Below are positions 1 to 13,317 of a stretch of 64,000 nt of DNA, piece after piece. Each line of letters starts with the position of its first letter. Positions within the stretch are counted from its first letter, which is position 1. A model generated the notes under the pieces. That model ran no database searches. It saw only the letters and a list, made by a program, of their open reading frames with translations, and was not told the origin of the DNA. Both the position numbers and the translations under genes were made by a program. The DNA lies in contig NC_090338.1 of assembly GCF_035084215.1 (NCBI RefSeq), positions 59,892,001 through 59,956,000 on the forward strand. The letters are read 5' to 3'. The stretch is from Heptranchias perlo. Lineage: Eukaryota.

Positions 1-126
1 CTTAATTGAGTAATTGTTATCCTACCAAATGGATGTGAAAAAATTTGTATTTATATGATGCCTCATCATGTCATTGAAACATCTGAAAATGCTGTATACA
101 ATGGGCTAGATTTTGCTGGGGTGGGG

Positions 127-643
127 CATAAGAACATAAGAAATAGGAGCAGGAGTAGGCCAATCGGCCCCTCGAGCCTGCTCCGCCATTCAATAAAATC
201 ATGGCTGATCTGATCCTAACCTCAAATCTAAATTCATGTCCAATTTCCTGCCCGCTCCCCGTAACCCCTAATTCCCTTTACTTCTAGGAAACTGTCTATT
301 TCTGTTTTAAATTTATTTAATGATGTAGCTTCCACAGCTTCCTGGGGCAGCAAATTCCACAGACCCACCACCCTCAGTGAAGAAGTTTCTCCTCATCTCA
401 GTTTTGAAAGAGCAGCCCCTTATTCTAAGATTATGCCCCCTAGTTCTAGTTTCACCCATCCTTGGGAACATCCTTACCGCATCCACCCGATCAAGCCCCT
501 TCACAATCTTATATGTTTCAATAAGATCGCCTCTCATTCTTCTGAACTCCAATGAGTAGAGTCCCAATCTACTCAACCTCTCCTCATATGTCCGCCCCCT
601 CATCCCCGGGATTAACCGAGTGAACCTTCTTTGTACTGCCTCG
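127..643 (-). mobile_element. CR1 LINE, 3' fragment (young subfamily)
   Basis: ORF 313-603 encodes the CR1 ORF2 C-terminus (YEERLSRLGLYSLEFRRMRGDLIETYKI). (TTCTTATG)n-type tail. Nearly identical to 46381-46899. Confidence 0.93.
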
Positions 644-1344
644 GCTTGCAGCTTGCCCCGTTAGTTCCACATTTGGGTTTTTTAATTTTTTGCCCACAAA
701 GTTGCTGCAAGTACGAGCTGATAACAGTGCAGCAGGGAACCTGGGACCTTGATGGACAATGGGACAAACGGTGCATCTCCTTAACCAATGAGATTAAAGG
801 ATTGAGAAATAAACAGAGGAAGGACTGAGATGGAGAGTGAATTAGAGTGGGTGAATTCAATGTCAAATCAGATACACAAAGAGAAATAAAGAGAGGGAAA
901 GAAAGATTGGATTAAGAGAGAGAAAAAAAAATAGGGAAAGTATAGGGGAAAAAATTAAATTTTATATTTTTAAAATCTAAAACAATTCACAATCTGAAGG
1001 AAGGAGACTCCACACTTTTACTGTTTACTTTCTGGGCACGAGAGGTTGATTGGCAGGCATTAACAATTATCACATCGTTAAAGGGGTACTTACACTGATA
1101 ATTATTAGAATTAACTTTCTGTGGTGAGTTTAATGGCCAATTAATGTGCAAATGCAGCAACTTCATGAAAATTACGGGGAGGATGAGCGCGAGATACCAT
1201 TTTCGCGAAGCTAACGGTGAGGCTCAAATCAGCCAGCAGCTTGTGGCAATTCGCAATTCAAGGGGTATCTCTTCCTCTCAACAAGTTGCTGGCCAATTTG
1301 CGCATTAATAATGGCATGCGTCATTCAGATACCGTTATTTTTTC

Positions 1345-2165
1345 AGCATGCAGCAAGACCTGGACAACATCCAGGCTTGGGCTGATAAATGGCAAGTAAC
1401 ATTCGCCCAGACAAGTGCCAGGCAATGACCATCTCCAACAAGAGAGAATTTAACCACCTCCCCTTGACATTCAACGGCATTACCATCGCCGATTCCCCCA
1501 CCATCAACATCTTGGGGGTCACCATTGATCAGGAACTTAACTGGACCAGCCACATAAATACTGTGGCTACAAGAGCAGGTCAGAGGTTGGGTATTCTGGG
1601 GCGGGTGACTCACCTCCTGACTTCCCAAAGCCTTTCCACCATCTACAAGGCACAAGTCAGGAGTGTGATGGAATACTCTCCACTTGCCTGGATGAGTGCA
1701 GCTCCAACAACACTCAAGAAGCTTGCCACTTTCCAGGACAAAGCAGCCCGCTTGATTGGCACCCCATCCACCACCCAAAACGTTCACTCCCTCCACCACC
1801 GGCGCACAGCGGCTGCAGTTGTACCATTCACAGGATGCACTGCAGCAACTCGCCAAGGGTTCTTCGACAGCACCTCCCAAACCCACGACCTCTACCATCT
1901 AGAAGGACAAGGGCAGCAGGCACATGGGAACACCACCACCTGCACGTTCCCTTCCAAGTCACACACCATCCCGCCGTTCCTTCATCGTCGCTGGGTCAAA
2001 ATCCTGGAACTCCCTACCTAACAGCACTATGGGAGAACCTTCACCACATGGAATACAGCAATTCAAGAAGGTGGCTCATCACCATCTTCTCAAGGGCAAT
2101 TAGGGATGGGCAATAAATGCTGGCCTTGCAAGCGATGTCCACATCCCATGAACGAATAAGAAAAA
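1345..2165 (+). mobile_element. CR1-clade LINE (second family), 5'-truncated 3' fragment
   Basis: RT C-terminal motifs ADKWQV..PDKCQAMTISNKRE and YKAQVRSVMEYSPLAW. Shares the 3' end AGGGCAATTAGGGATGGGCAATAAATGCTGGCC plus A-rich tail with other copies in the window. Confidence 0.9.
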
Positions 2166-2620
2166 TTCATGTAATAAAAGCAAAATTTGACTTATTCAGT
2201 CACTGTAAATCACTGGCCCTGCTTGTCATCATAATGTAAGCCAGACAGTGGCAACAAGGCAGAGTGAGGGTTTTCTGTAGCAAAGACAGTGATACTGTTT
2301 AATGCAATTTTTCTGCTATACTTTTAAAGAAAATACTGGCCAAGCAAGCTGTGGAGTACTGGAGAGAAAAGCAGCAGCAAGTGATTCTGGAGTGACTGAA
2401 TAAGAACCTAGCAACCAATGAGAAGCATAATTCCAATATCACCGAAGACATTGAACACAAACTGACAACCCAGATGGACGTGGTCTTTTTGCAATTGATA
2501 AACAGGAAACATTTACATGAGTATCGTGCTCTAATGTTCAAAAACTTAGGGCTGTAAGAAAGTTTGAGTTTTGAAATGTTGACGATATGTCACAACTTTC
2601 ATGTTCATTTTTCTTTTTAG

Positions 2621-2681
2621 TTTTGAAGCTTCATTAAGTGTAACTCCACTTGCAGCAAACCACATATCCTGCGAACTGTGA
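2621..2681 (+). CDS. Candidate terminal coding exon of an unidentified upstream gene (..FEASLSVTPLAANHISCEL*)
   Basis: Strong acceptor TTTTTCTTTTTAG ending 2620. One frame stays open to TGA at 2679-2681. Followed by about 3 kb of repeat-free AT-rich UTR-like sequence and AATAAA at 5699-5704. Confidence 0.3.
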
Positions 2682-5600
2682 AATCCAGGTCGCAATGCCT
2701 CAATCTGATCTTCCTTTAGTGATGATCTTGAACACACTATCGTCTCTTACTATGAGCTCAGTTTCTCATCACTACCTATATTGATTTTTTTTCTGCCACA
2801 CTAAAATGGCGATGATGCCTTCAGTGCTAACAGTATGAAGCTTCAAAACTTTTTAATAGGGTGGATTTGTTGCACCGCTATAAAAATAGCCCAGTGCATC
2901 AAAACTTCTAACATGCAGTATTGGTCTCTGTTTAAACATTTGGAATTGGTTTGTGTAGAGGTGCAGCTTTTAATCATTCATCACTGGTCATATGTTTTGT
3001 TGAGCTAATATAAATGTTATCGATGTAACTGGTAGTGATGGAAAAAATAAAATACTCTTTAGAAAGAAACCCATTTTTGAGAGGTGACATGAGAATGAAT
3101 GAAAGGTTAAATGAGAATGAATCTCATCCGTCATTGTTCCTTTGTTGGTTAAAATTGTAATATTGAGTTCTGACAGCTATGTTTTCAACCTTAAAACCGT
3201 GAATAGGGATTTTGTAATCTGGGCTTTGTGATATATTGGACCAACACTGATATCCATCCATCTCAACCCAAACTAAGCAAATTTTGAGGGTTTTCCTTTA
3301 ACACACATATACATAATGGTAAAATATAACAAATATTCTATTTTCTTGTTTTAAAATAGTTGATTCTTCATTCATTCAATCTCCATTTACAAAAAGGAAT
3401 TATTGTCACCCTACAGCATAAATTATCTGGGATACTGTTGCTTTAGGAAATGTAATGATCTGGGTGATTTGTATGTACAAAGTGCAACGTACTTGAGGTT
3501 GTCCCCTCCCCCATAGATTAGCATTAATTCCTATTTTGTGTGAAGGTTGAATTTTTTTCAGAGAATGAAGAAGGTTATCTACTGTAGGTAACCTACCATT
3601 TTACTTTTGCAAGCATACTGAAGTACCATATGCAACTCTTGGTGTGCGCTTGACATACGCTTTGCAAAAGGTATGGTAAACATACGGTTATAATTTATAA
3701 CAGAAACTCTCAAAATCCGCAATGAGGAGTGTTTTACAAATATCATACTCGTTCATTTGAATTTTGTTTATACCAGAACTTATTTAGCTCGTTTTATTGG
3801 GTACAGTCATGTGCAGTTTTCTTTAGGACCAAGAGATCAGTTAATGTAACGTCTGGTTGTTGCGGCACATAACCATAATTGTCGAAGGTTTAGTCCGTGA
3901 TTGAATGGTGGAACAGTTTTTTAAGATCTCTGATTTGTATGAATTTTAAACCGTACATTAGGCGCTGCAGTTTCTGTAAACTTGTCTAGGCCTAAAGTGA
4001 CGATGAACAACAATCTGGAATACAATAATAAAAAAAGTGTATTTTGAAAGTTCCCAGTACTATGTTTACATTTGTAGACTGAGGTAGACTCTTTCAGGAT
4101 ACTATCCAGATTCTCTGGTATGGACTCCAGAAGGCTTCCCAAGATCTTTGTACTTTAGCTCAATCATACAGATTGCAGCAAAATATCTTGACAGATGCAT
4201 GGTGAAAATCAGGGCCTCCATACAACATGACTGCCTTAGGGAGTTTAGATATTAGGATTATACATGCATGAAAACCTATAGAGTCAGACGTGCGATGGAA
4301 AGGGAGGGTTATTTTGTTAAGTTTATTCCACTGGAGTGTTTGCTGCATTCATTTGAGTATGAACTTGCCAAATGGATAATTAAGAGGCATGAACTGCAAT
4401 GGTTGCTTCAGATGTCACATGTTATCCAAAGTCTTGTATAATTGAAACTCAGTTTTAGATATTTATGTTGCTGATTGTGTCATGCATGGACTCAGAAAGG
4501 TCACTATGTAAATTCTTGCATATAGTGTGTTTTTAAGGATATTCAAAATATTTTTGGCATTAATAAAAAAAAGATTGAAAATTCCATGGGAACCAAAACA
4601 ACTCAAAATAACAGTTTGACAGCATTGGATTAATAAACAAAAAGACTGACATTTGATTTTTCTTTTTGTCAATTGCACATTTTCTAAATACTATATTGTG
4701 GAGTATTTAGAAAGTGTAGTAGAAAATTAAAGCACAAATATTTTAAAAACATTTTACTGTCAATACGAGGAACATACAGCAGTGGTGTACCGAAAGTCTA
4801 ACATCTCACAGAACTATTACAAAAGCTATGATTGTGTTTTGCTGTTGATAAGGTGTCAAAGATCAGATTTGAGGACATTAAGAGGTTTCTGTCTCACCGT
4901 CCTGAATTTATATAAAGTGACTTGTTATTTTCAGTTTGCCTCAGAGTCAAAACCAGATCCTTGTCTTCATCTGCACTTGAACTCAAATACTTGCTTTTGC
5001 ATTTCTAAGAGCAAGCATGCTTGTCTATTAGAACTAAGAGTGTACTTAGTAAACTTCTGAGAGATGGTGTTGATATTTAAAGTATTCATACTAAATCATT
5101 GCCGATTAGAACTGTGATGTATTCTTGCTTCTTGTTTAAATCTGTGGTCTATAGTACAGACATTGTTTTGTATTCAAATTGTTTAAACATATTTCCTTAA
5201 TTTTGATCTGTAACGAACCAAATGTTGTACAAAGAAGCCTTGGTAGATCACTTGTCTCCCAAACACAGGGCTGGAATTGACTTGTTAGATTACCGTGCCC
5301 ATCACTAGAATCTGTCTGTTCCCAGTTCTTGGGTAGAATGCAAAAGCAAGTTGTTCCCTCTTGGCTCATCTAGCCTGAATGACATTTCTAAGTGGAGAAC
5401 AGCTAAACACAGGATACTGCAGTAAGCAGAAATCCATCCTTGAAGATTAAATTACTGATCTGAAAAATGGGGTAGTTGTTGAAGTGGACCGGCTTCCTTT
5501 TATTTCATGTTTGATTGCAGTGTTGTTTAAAATTGTTTGCTTTTAAACCATTTCTTCAACCTTGATGTGTCCAGGATCAGTTGGTAAACAAGCTTTAAAT

Positions 5601-5924
5601 GATAAAATGTGAAATTGTTGGTTTATTTTGTTTGTTTAAAATTGTGCTGTTGAGAAGGTTGGCTGGAATGGAGAGCCTGTTATGCCTGAACACTACACAA
5701 TAAAAACTTTTATATTGTTATTGGTGAAAGATGGTGTTAGAGTATCAACTCCTTAAATCTTTTTTTGCCTAGCAGATGTAACAGAGTGACATGGCTTGAA
5801 CTGCTGAGAAAGACAGCAGCAGGAATTTGAGAGGAGAGTTTGATTGATGGATTATGTAGAAACAGAAAATCTCAAGGTCAAAAAAACCTACAGATCCATC
5901 ATAGTCCATCCATCAGGTGTCATC

Positions 5925-6345
5925 TTGGCTCAGTTTTCTCTCTACTGAGTTAGAACCATGTGAATTCAAGTCCCATTCCAAAACTTGAGCCTGTAATCTA
6001 AGCTAACATTTTAGTGCAGTACTGAGGGAGTACTGCATTGTTGGAATTGCCATCTTTCAGATGAGACGTTACACCAAGGCTCGTCCACTTATTCAGGTGG
6101 ACATTTGGCATTATGCAAAGAGCATGAAGTTCTGGAGTCCTGGCCAACATTCCTCCCTTGAGCATTACCAAAAACAGATTATCTGGTTATTTATCTCATT
6201 CCTGTTCATGGGACCTTTTGTGCGCAAATTGGCTGCCGTGTTTGCCTACAATACAACTAACTATACTTCAAAAAATGTAATTTGTTGGCAGATCGCTTTG
6301 GGATGTCCTGAGAATGTGGTAGTTGCTATATAAATGTAAGTTAAT
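5925..6345 (+). mobile_element. Deu-domain tRNA-derived SINE (SacSINE1/AmnSINE-like)
   Basis: tRNA-like head (TGGCTCAGT..GAATTCAAGTCCCA), core CAGTGCAGTACTGAGGGAGT..CAAATTGGCTGCC, L2-like tail GCTATATAAATG. Confidence 0.8.
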
Positions 6346-7739
6346 ACTTCTTACTTTTTCTAGCAGAGCATTAACCCATTTATTTTAAGATGTTTCTCCT
6401 TCACCAGAATCTGGTGGCGTAATTTCAGGGCCCTAATATATTAATGGATCTTTGAACGAGCAACTGCAGTCAAAAGGCAAAAGATGAAAACAGGTGAGAA
6501 AAAAACTGACCCAACAATCCATTGAAATCCACAATCAATAGTGACCGGAGAAGCTAACACTGGAGCCAGTGTCAGATGTCACCCACTGTCCCAGTCTGCC
6601 CACTTGAATGAATGAAATACTCCGCTGATAAATATCAGTACTGCAAATTATAAATTGCATAATTGTAGGAAACTAATGATAGAAAATGAAGAATTGGCTG
6701 GGAGCAACAAGGGGAAATAAAAATATAAACCCATCCATCCATATATAGATTTGGGTTTCCTGAACAATTATAACTTTGCCAACTTCTATGGGCAAATAGA
6801 GATGGGCAATAATTGCTAGCCTTGCCAGCGACACCCACAACCTGAGAATTAATAAGAATAAAAATTTTAAAAGCATTAAATCAGTAACTTTTTCTGGGTA
6901 ATAAAGCTCACACAAGAACAAGAGATTGGGTGTGGTCTAATGATCATAATGGCAGAACCAATCAAATCATACCCCCAATAAGCCTAGCCAGTGCACAGTT
7001 CAAGCTTCAAATAGCTACTTGACCCTTTTAAATGGTATATGTGAGTAGAATCCAGCTGTTCTCTGAGTAATTTGAGAGTGTGTTAATGGTGCATAGGAGA
7101 CAGGAGATGTTTTGATGTTGAGGCCTTTGAAACCTTGATGATGAAGGGAGGGAATATTGAAAGATAATTTGTAGGATGAAGGGGAATCACCTTCCCCTAA
7201 GTGGCTGATATTCCAACCATACCCAGAAGTAGCTCAGGGAATAGACATTGCCACAAACCCATCAAGCCCAGGAAGTCCACAAGAAATGACAAATGATGAA
7301 ATCTGTAACAGTAAATAATATTGATGAACATCAGTATAAATGGAGATGAAAAACTTATCACCTGAGCTAGATACCTCACAGCACATTAGGTGGGTGAAGT
7401 GAAACTTTGTCTAGAATGCATTACAAAATAAATAAGCAATCAGGGATGGTAGAATCACTTTTATTTATTTGTAACTACATATTGGAGATATCACAAACCA
7501 AACATTAAAAAGAGGGTTAACTTAAAGGTGGGATAATACTAAAGATTTGTACGTCCTCTATCATTGAGCTTTAAAAATCCTTAGCCCTTTAGTTCTGTAT
7601 CAGTCATATTTAACTTTCATAATTTTATATTTATGCCCCATCAACAAATCTGATAAACCCACTATTCTGCATCAATCAAATTGTCCATTTTCAGCCAGTT
7701 ATGCTTGTTTATTATCATTTGCCAGTCACCAAGTGTCAG

Positions 7740-8170
7740 CCTTGGCTCAGTGGTAGCACTCTTTCCTCTCAATTAGAGGGGCATGGATTCAAGTCCCACT
7801 CCAGAATTTGAGCACATATTAGCTGACAGTTCAGTGCAGTACAAAGAGAATGCTGCACTTACTGAAGATGCCATCTTTTAGATGAGATGTTAAACCCAAG
7901 GCCTGTCTGCCCTTCCAGGTGGATGTAAAAGATCCCATGGTACTATTTGAAGAGGAGCAGGGGAGTGCTCCTGGTGTCCTAGTCAACATTTATCCCTCAA
8001 CCAATATTACTAAAACACATTTATTGCTGTTTGTGAGCTCTTGCTATAGCAAATTGGCTGCCTCATTTCCTTACATTACAACAACTACACTTCAAAAGTA
8101 CTTCATTGGCAGTGAATCACTTTGGGATGTCTTGAGGATGTGAAAGATGCTATATAAATGCAATTCTTTC
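7740..8170 (+). mobile_element. Deu-domain SINE
   Basis: Same head, core and tail as 5925-6345. Confidence 0.82.
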
Positions 8171-10914
8171 ACCATGTCCTTCATCTGCCAATCAACTCAG
8201 AGCCTTGTAAATGCCCTTTCTTCATTCAGTCTCTTTCCTAATTGTTGCATCTCAAAAAGATGAAATCTCATAAATGACCCAACATCCATTAAATGCTATA
8301 TGTCCTTTCAACGTCCTCATACCTTTAAAAGTCTCCTTTAGCTATTCCAAAATCACATACAAGCCATTGAGTCTCATAAATGCATCATTCTATATCTCTG
8401 ACACATATATACTTGCCCTCCATCCATCTTTCCAAAATGTGAATGCCCATTAAATATTTCAGATCTTCCCCTTCTCCAAATCTGTTTTTCAAATTCACTC
8501 TCCACCATCACCAGCTCTCGAGGTGCAATATTCTTACAATTTCCCACCATTTAATTGTTAGTCATTCATCAGATAATGAATCCTGTAAATTGAATATTGC
8601 AAAATCACCCATGCCTCACTCCTAAAACAGTCATTCTTTATCACTGAGCTTTGCTAACTCTGTTTGTAAAAACATCAGGTTGCACTGTTTCATCCTAATC
8701 CCCCATGCTTTGTTTATTTTTTACAACTCCTTCACATCCCTATACCACAGCATCAAGATTGCAGTTCCTCTCTGCAACATCACTATGTTTAGCAAAATCA
8801 TTCATCCACATTGTCTGGATTCTTCCTTAATCCAATGTTGGAAAGTTAATTTACCATTGCTGACTGAAATCTAAGGTATCCATGAGCCTATAAGTCAGCT
8901 GTATTTTAGTGCCACCTATGGAGTGTGTTTATGCTTTAGTCCCAACATTTGGTCATTCTAACCTAGGCCACTTTGTTTAAAACATTAGTTAGAGCCAGAT
9001 GTTCTGAGGACTGCTGTGCTCTACTTGTATGATTCCAAAAAGTTGCTCACGGTCTTGTAAATTAGTTCATGTTTTTTCGTTCAGTATTGATGTTTTCAAA
9101 ATCAAGTCCACACCTTTGAGCGATTCCACTTTATTTAAATAATTCAGATATAAAAATATGGAGTGTTGCAGGACAGCAACTGTACAGACGAAGCTATAAA
9201 AGGCATGTTATCAAAATGAGACTAACATCAAGTTTGGATAACTACTAAATGCAAAAATAAAGCCTTCAATAGCGATTCAGTTTTGGTTTGTAAATTAAAT
9301 TAATTTTCAGGCTGTCTAATAATTGATAAAAGGCTCTGAGCTGCGTATTAATCTTTTAAAATTTTGCTTTAATTATTAATCGTCTCGTTTAATTATTGAT
9401 CTTTAATTTGGATTTAAGTACTGATCCTCATTAGTTATTGATCCTGTGTAATATGGGTTTGATTACTGATTAGTTTGGATTTAATCATTGATCCGCTCTA
9501 ATTTGGGTTTAATGATCTCACGTTGTTTACCTTTCCCATTACATTTCATTGAAACTCTCTTTAAACACAAAACAGCTGTGGGTGCGTTGAATTGCTTTCT
9601 ATTAGCCATGACTACAGGTTCTGTTTCAATGAGGGGACCATGGTTTCAGGCAGAGTTTCCGACACTCGGAGTTTCATTAACCCATTTACTGATTTTAACC
9701 ATTCATTTGGGTGGAAGAGGTTGAGGAGATTTAGTTCTCTCCCTTCTATCACGCACATTAAACAACACTAAATGAATGAGGTTGTCAGGCCTGGAGAATG
9801 TGGCTTTGTATTTCCCACTGAAACACTAAAGACATTGTTCAGCATCATTGGGAAAAGAGCCTAGTCCCAACAATCCCAATCACAGAAAAGTACTTTTTTT
9901 TTCAAACCAGGGGCATGGAGTCAGTAAATAGCCAATGCTCAGTGCATCATTCATCTCCAAAACACTCAAAGTAAACTGATTACTGGATAAAGTCCAGCTA
10001 CTAGCCTTGGTCTCCTATACCAAACGGCTCCTGTACAAGTACGCATTGATATTAGAAAACTAATCCTATATTCACTAATCAATAGTCACTACTCATATAA
10101 AAAGATGCTGTACTTCGAACGGAACAGGTACCAGGAAGCAGTGGGACAATATTCATTAACCCTCAAACGCAGACGGCATTGTGCGCTAACAGGCACACTA
10201 GGGTCTGACTGTTTCCAATAATGAGAGGCTGTATATCACCAGGTACTCCCGATCAGTTACCAGGCCTAGCTATCTGTTGGAAATAATATCCCACAGCCCA
10301 TAATGAATGCTTTAGATTTTTACTTGCCGTATGTGCAAAATCAAACTCTAGCAACAAGAGCTCTGTTTCGATTCACCATTCCCTGTAGTTTTCAGCAATT
10401 CACCAACCATCTCTTTATTATACAATAATTGTGCAGAAGCAGACAATGAAAAACTAAAACAAACAAAGGATTCACAGGGAACAAGGCAAACAGCCTTTGA
10501 TTCATAATTACAATGAGCTGGCTGATTAGGGCACTGGATGGAGGTAGGGGACAAGGATTCTACATAAAATTCACAGCACAGAAACAGGCCATTTGCTGAT
10601 TCTGTTTTAACATAATATAAGATTCAAAGAAATCCAAATTTAATCAAGCACAGGGTGTTAGCCTATTAATGCCTGTATATATCCTTCACAGTACTGTTGA
10701 GTAAATGACCTATAACAACTGATGATCAGAAATTAGCAAACATTTCTGCAGTTCCCAATGAACTGTGACAGGTAAACACAGTGTATGTGCGAAATGTGAT
10801 TGCAGGCAAAGTCTCTCCATCCTTCACTGTTCCCTCAAATGAGTTTCACTGAAATAAAAGAAAGATCTTTAGATGTAAACTCAGGCAACAATAATCGCAA
10901 CAGAAATTATTAAA

Positions 10915-11090
10915 AATCTGCAAATGCTGGAAACACATAGATCAGATACAGTAAAGAGAAAAGACAGGTAGGTTCAGAGTTCCCAGGTAGCTGATACACC
11001 TGAAACATTAACTTGTCTTCTCATCTACATTCTCAGACTGGTCTACATTCTCTGACTGACCTACTCTGCGTTTCCAGCTTTTGGTTTTTA
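10915..11090. mobile_element. Degenerate palindromic MITE-like repeat
   Basis: Ends AAATGCTGGAAACAC and GCGTTTCCAGCTTTT are inverted repeats. An inverted homologous copy lies at about 58855-59005. Confidence 0.6.
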
Positions 11091-11455
11091 TCCAACGTCA
11101 CATATCTTTTTCACAATGGTTGAAAAATATAATGATGCCAAATTATATTTATTGCAGCCATTACTATAACGGAACCAAATTATTTAAAATACTACAGCCT
11201 AGAAAAGTGTACACTAGCAAATTCGTACAATATTCCTCTGCCTCCTATTTTAGTGGAGAAGTTAATTCATTTAAAATAAATGATGCAACCCCTGTGTTAA
11301 AGTTAAAATAAAGGACAGAGCAATGTTACAGGAACACGTTAAGTGTTGAAGGGCTAGTGCTGCCAACAGTGATTTCTAATTTAAAAGAGACTGGGGGGAA
11401 AAGGTCAAAGTTCCACAAAATGCACCACTGTCACACACTGGCTAAATGACCCTAC

Positions 11456-11512
11456 CATCCTCGAGCAGGAAGGTAGTCACAAGCAGGAAACTGCATTCAG
11501 AACCAGGCCATA
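11456..11512 (-). CDS. Candidate 57-nt cytoplasmic exon of the V-C1x3-TM gene (VWPGSECSFLLVTTFLLED)
   Basis: Acceptor CTGTTCTGTTTATTTCAG, donor ATG|GTAGGG. Phase 1-1, matching the TM exon; only that frame is open through the exon. Confidence 0.35.
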
Positions 11513-11806
11513 CTGAAATAAACAGAACAGCAGCATTCAATATGTCAGAGTAACAGGCTGGTTTTCTCACAGAATAGAAAACATTTAAATAACTTCTATA
11601 GTCTATTAATAATTCATAGCTGGTTTTTGCAAGAAAATTTGAATTATCTAGTAGATTAAGTTAATACAAATAATACAGAAAAGTGGGAAATTATTGTTAA
11701 AACATGAATGATCAGATACTGAAGATCAGATACTGAAACAAGTGACTTTGAATTAAGTGGTGTAACTGTGCGGAGCAACCCCCACTGACAAGAATCCACT
11801 GACAAA

Positions 11807-12364
11807 AAGCCTGATTTTAATTATTGGTATCGCTATTCTCGTCTACAAGAAAACCACTTCTTCCTCCCGCACCCAGAACGGTAAGCTTAGCTTCACCGCT
11901 CTACATGTGCAAGACTGATGTGTGAAATGTAAATCATTGTAACTACAACGATCACGTTCTAAATGACTTCCTACAATGTGTGGCACAGACACACCTCTCG
12001 GAGTAATACGGGCGATCCAATCCATTCTTATCCTTGTGCTTTGTAATGGACGTTTTCGTAGGTGGATTCCATTCTTGTGGCCAGGTTCAGAGTCTCCCTC
12101 AAATTTACTGCATCAAGAAACAGAAACATACACTGCGTATCATTGTTTGTCCTGTCTTATTCAGTGGATGTTGTTACGATAATTTACAAATGTGCATTGA
12201 TGTAACTTTCTCTTCACAGTTACATTTCCAAACAATGGTTTCAGTGGCAACATTTCAACTGAACATGTGGAGCGGTGAAGCTAAGCTTACCGTTCTGGGT
12301 GCGGGAGGAAGAAGTGGTTTTCTTGTAGACGAGAATAGCGATACCAATAATTAAAATCAGGCTT
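11807..12364. repeat. 102-bp inverted repeat (11807-11908 / 12263-12364) containing the 3' half of the TM exon and its donor
   Basis: Arms are reverse complements with a single mismatch (11902). Spacer is 354 bp. Confidence 0.95.
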
Positions 12365-12437
12365 CCCACAACAGCAATAATCCACAATAGAACCATCATC
12401 CCCAGGGCTCCGCCGGACTTCTGAGCTTCAAATCCAA
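12291..12437 (-). CDS. Transmembrane exon of the non-rearranging IgSF gene
   Basis: TCTCCTTTAG acceptor, AACG|GTAAGC donor, 147 nt, phase 1-1. Encodes GFEAQKSGGALGMMVLLWIIAVVGSLILIIGIAILVY-KKTTSSSRTQN (hydrophobic helix plus basic stop-transfer). Confidence 0.8.
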
Positions 12438-12819
12438 CTAAAGGAGACAATAGATCTCTATTGAAACAGGACACAGAGGTGTGATGGGTATCAAATAATT
12501 TCCTGATTTGGAAATAAGCAGCAAAATTTTAGGTGGAGTAGCACTTCTCAATCAAACTGACTTTCCTCTGCTTAGATTTGATCTTCACTAATTTAATAAT
12601 CTCACCTAGTGTAAACCAGTCAGTTTCTGTATGAAACTAACAGTCATCTTCATATCTGATCAGCAGCTAATGAGTTGCATAATCTGTACAGGTGTGAAAG
12701 TGCCCTTCCCTTAAAGCACAGGTCTCTGCAGATAGGAGGATTGTTTCCTAGGATATTCTCAAGGAGTCAAGGTTACCCATTAACTGCAGTTGACTCCTAT
12801 CCCTTAACACACACAAAAC

Positions 12820-13305
12820 TTACATTTATATAGCGCCTTTAACGTAGTAAAATGTCTCCAGGCACTTCACATAGCTTTATCATACAAAATTTGACACCAA
12901 ACCACATAAGGGGGTATTAGGACAAGCTTGATTAAAGCGGTAGGTTTTAAGGAGAGAGGGGTAGGGAGGCGGAGAGATTTAGGGAGGGAATTCCTGAGCT
13001 TAGAGCTGAAGGCACAACTACCAATGGTGGAGCGATGAAAATCTGGGATGTACAAGAGGCCAGAATTGGAGGAACGCAGAGATCGCTGAGGATTGTAGGA
13101 GGTTACAGAGATAGGGAGGGGCGAGCCATGGAGGGATTTGAAAACAAGGAAGAGAATTCTAAAATCAAGGCATTGCCGGAGCGGGAGCCAACGTAGGTCA
13201 ACGAGCACAGGGGTGATGGGTGAACGGGACTTGGTGCAAATTAGGATACGGTTTTGGATGAGCTTAAGTTTACAGTGGATATAATGTGGGAGGCCAGCCA
13301 GGCGA
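12820..13305 (-). mobile_element. L2 LINE 3' fragment
   Basis: ITPVLVDLRWLPLRQCLDFRILFLVFKSLHG and RSLRSS motifs typical of the L2 ORF2 end. Tail GCGCTATATAAATG. Confidence 0.8.
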
Positions 13306-13317
13306 CACACACAATGA

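Noticed and set aside
7740-7805. tRNA gene
   Set aside because: tRNA-derived SINE head continuing into the SINE core, with no intact cloverleaf.
10199-10266. Possible tail exon GLVTDREYLVIYSLSLLETVRP* on the minus strand
   Set aside because: Its acceptor is preceded by two nearer AG dinucleotides and no true ITIM spacing is present; too weak to call.
10777-10815. CACAGTG heptamer
   Set aside because: No nonamer at 12 or 23 spacing.
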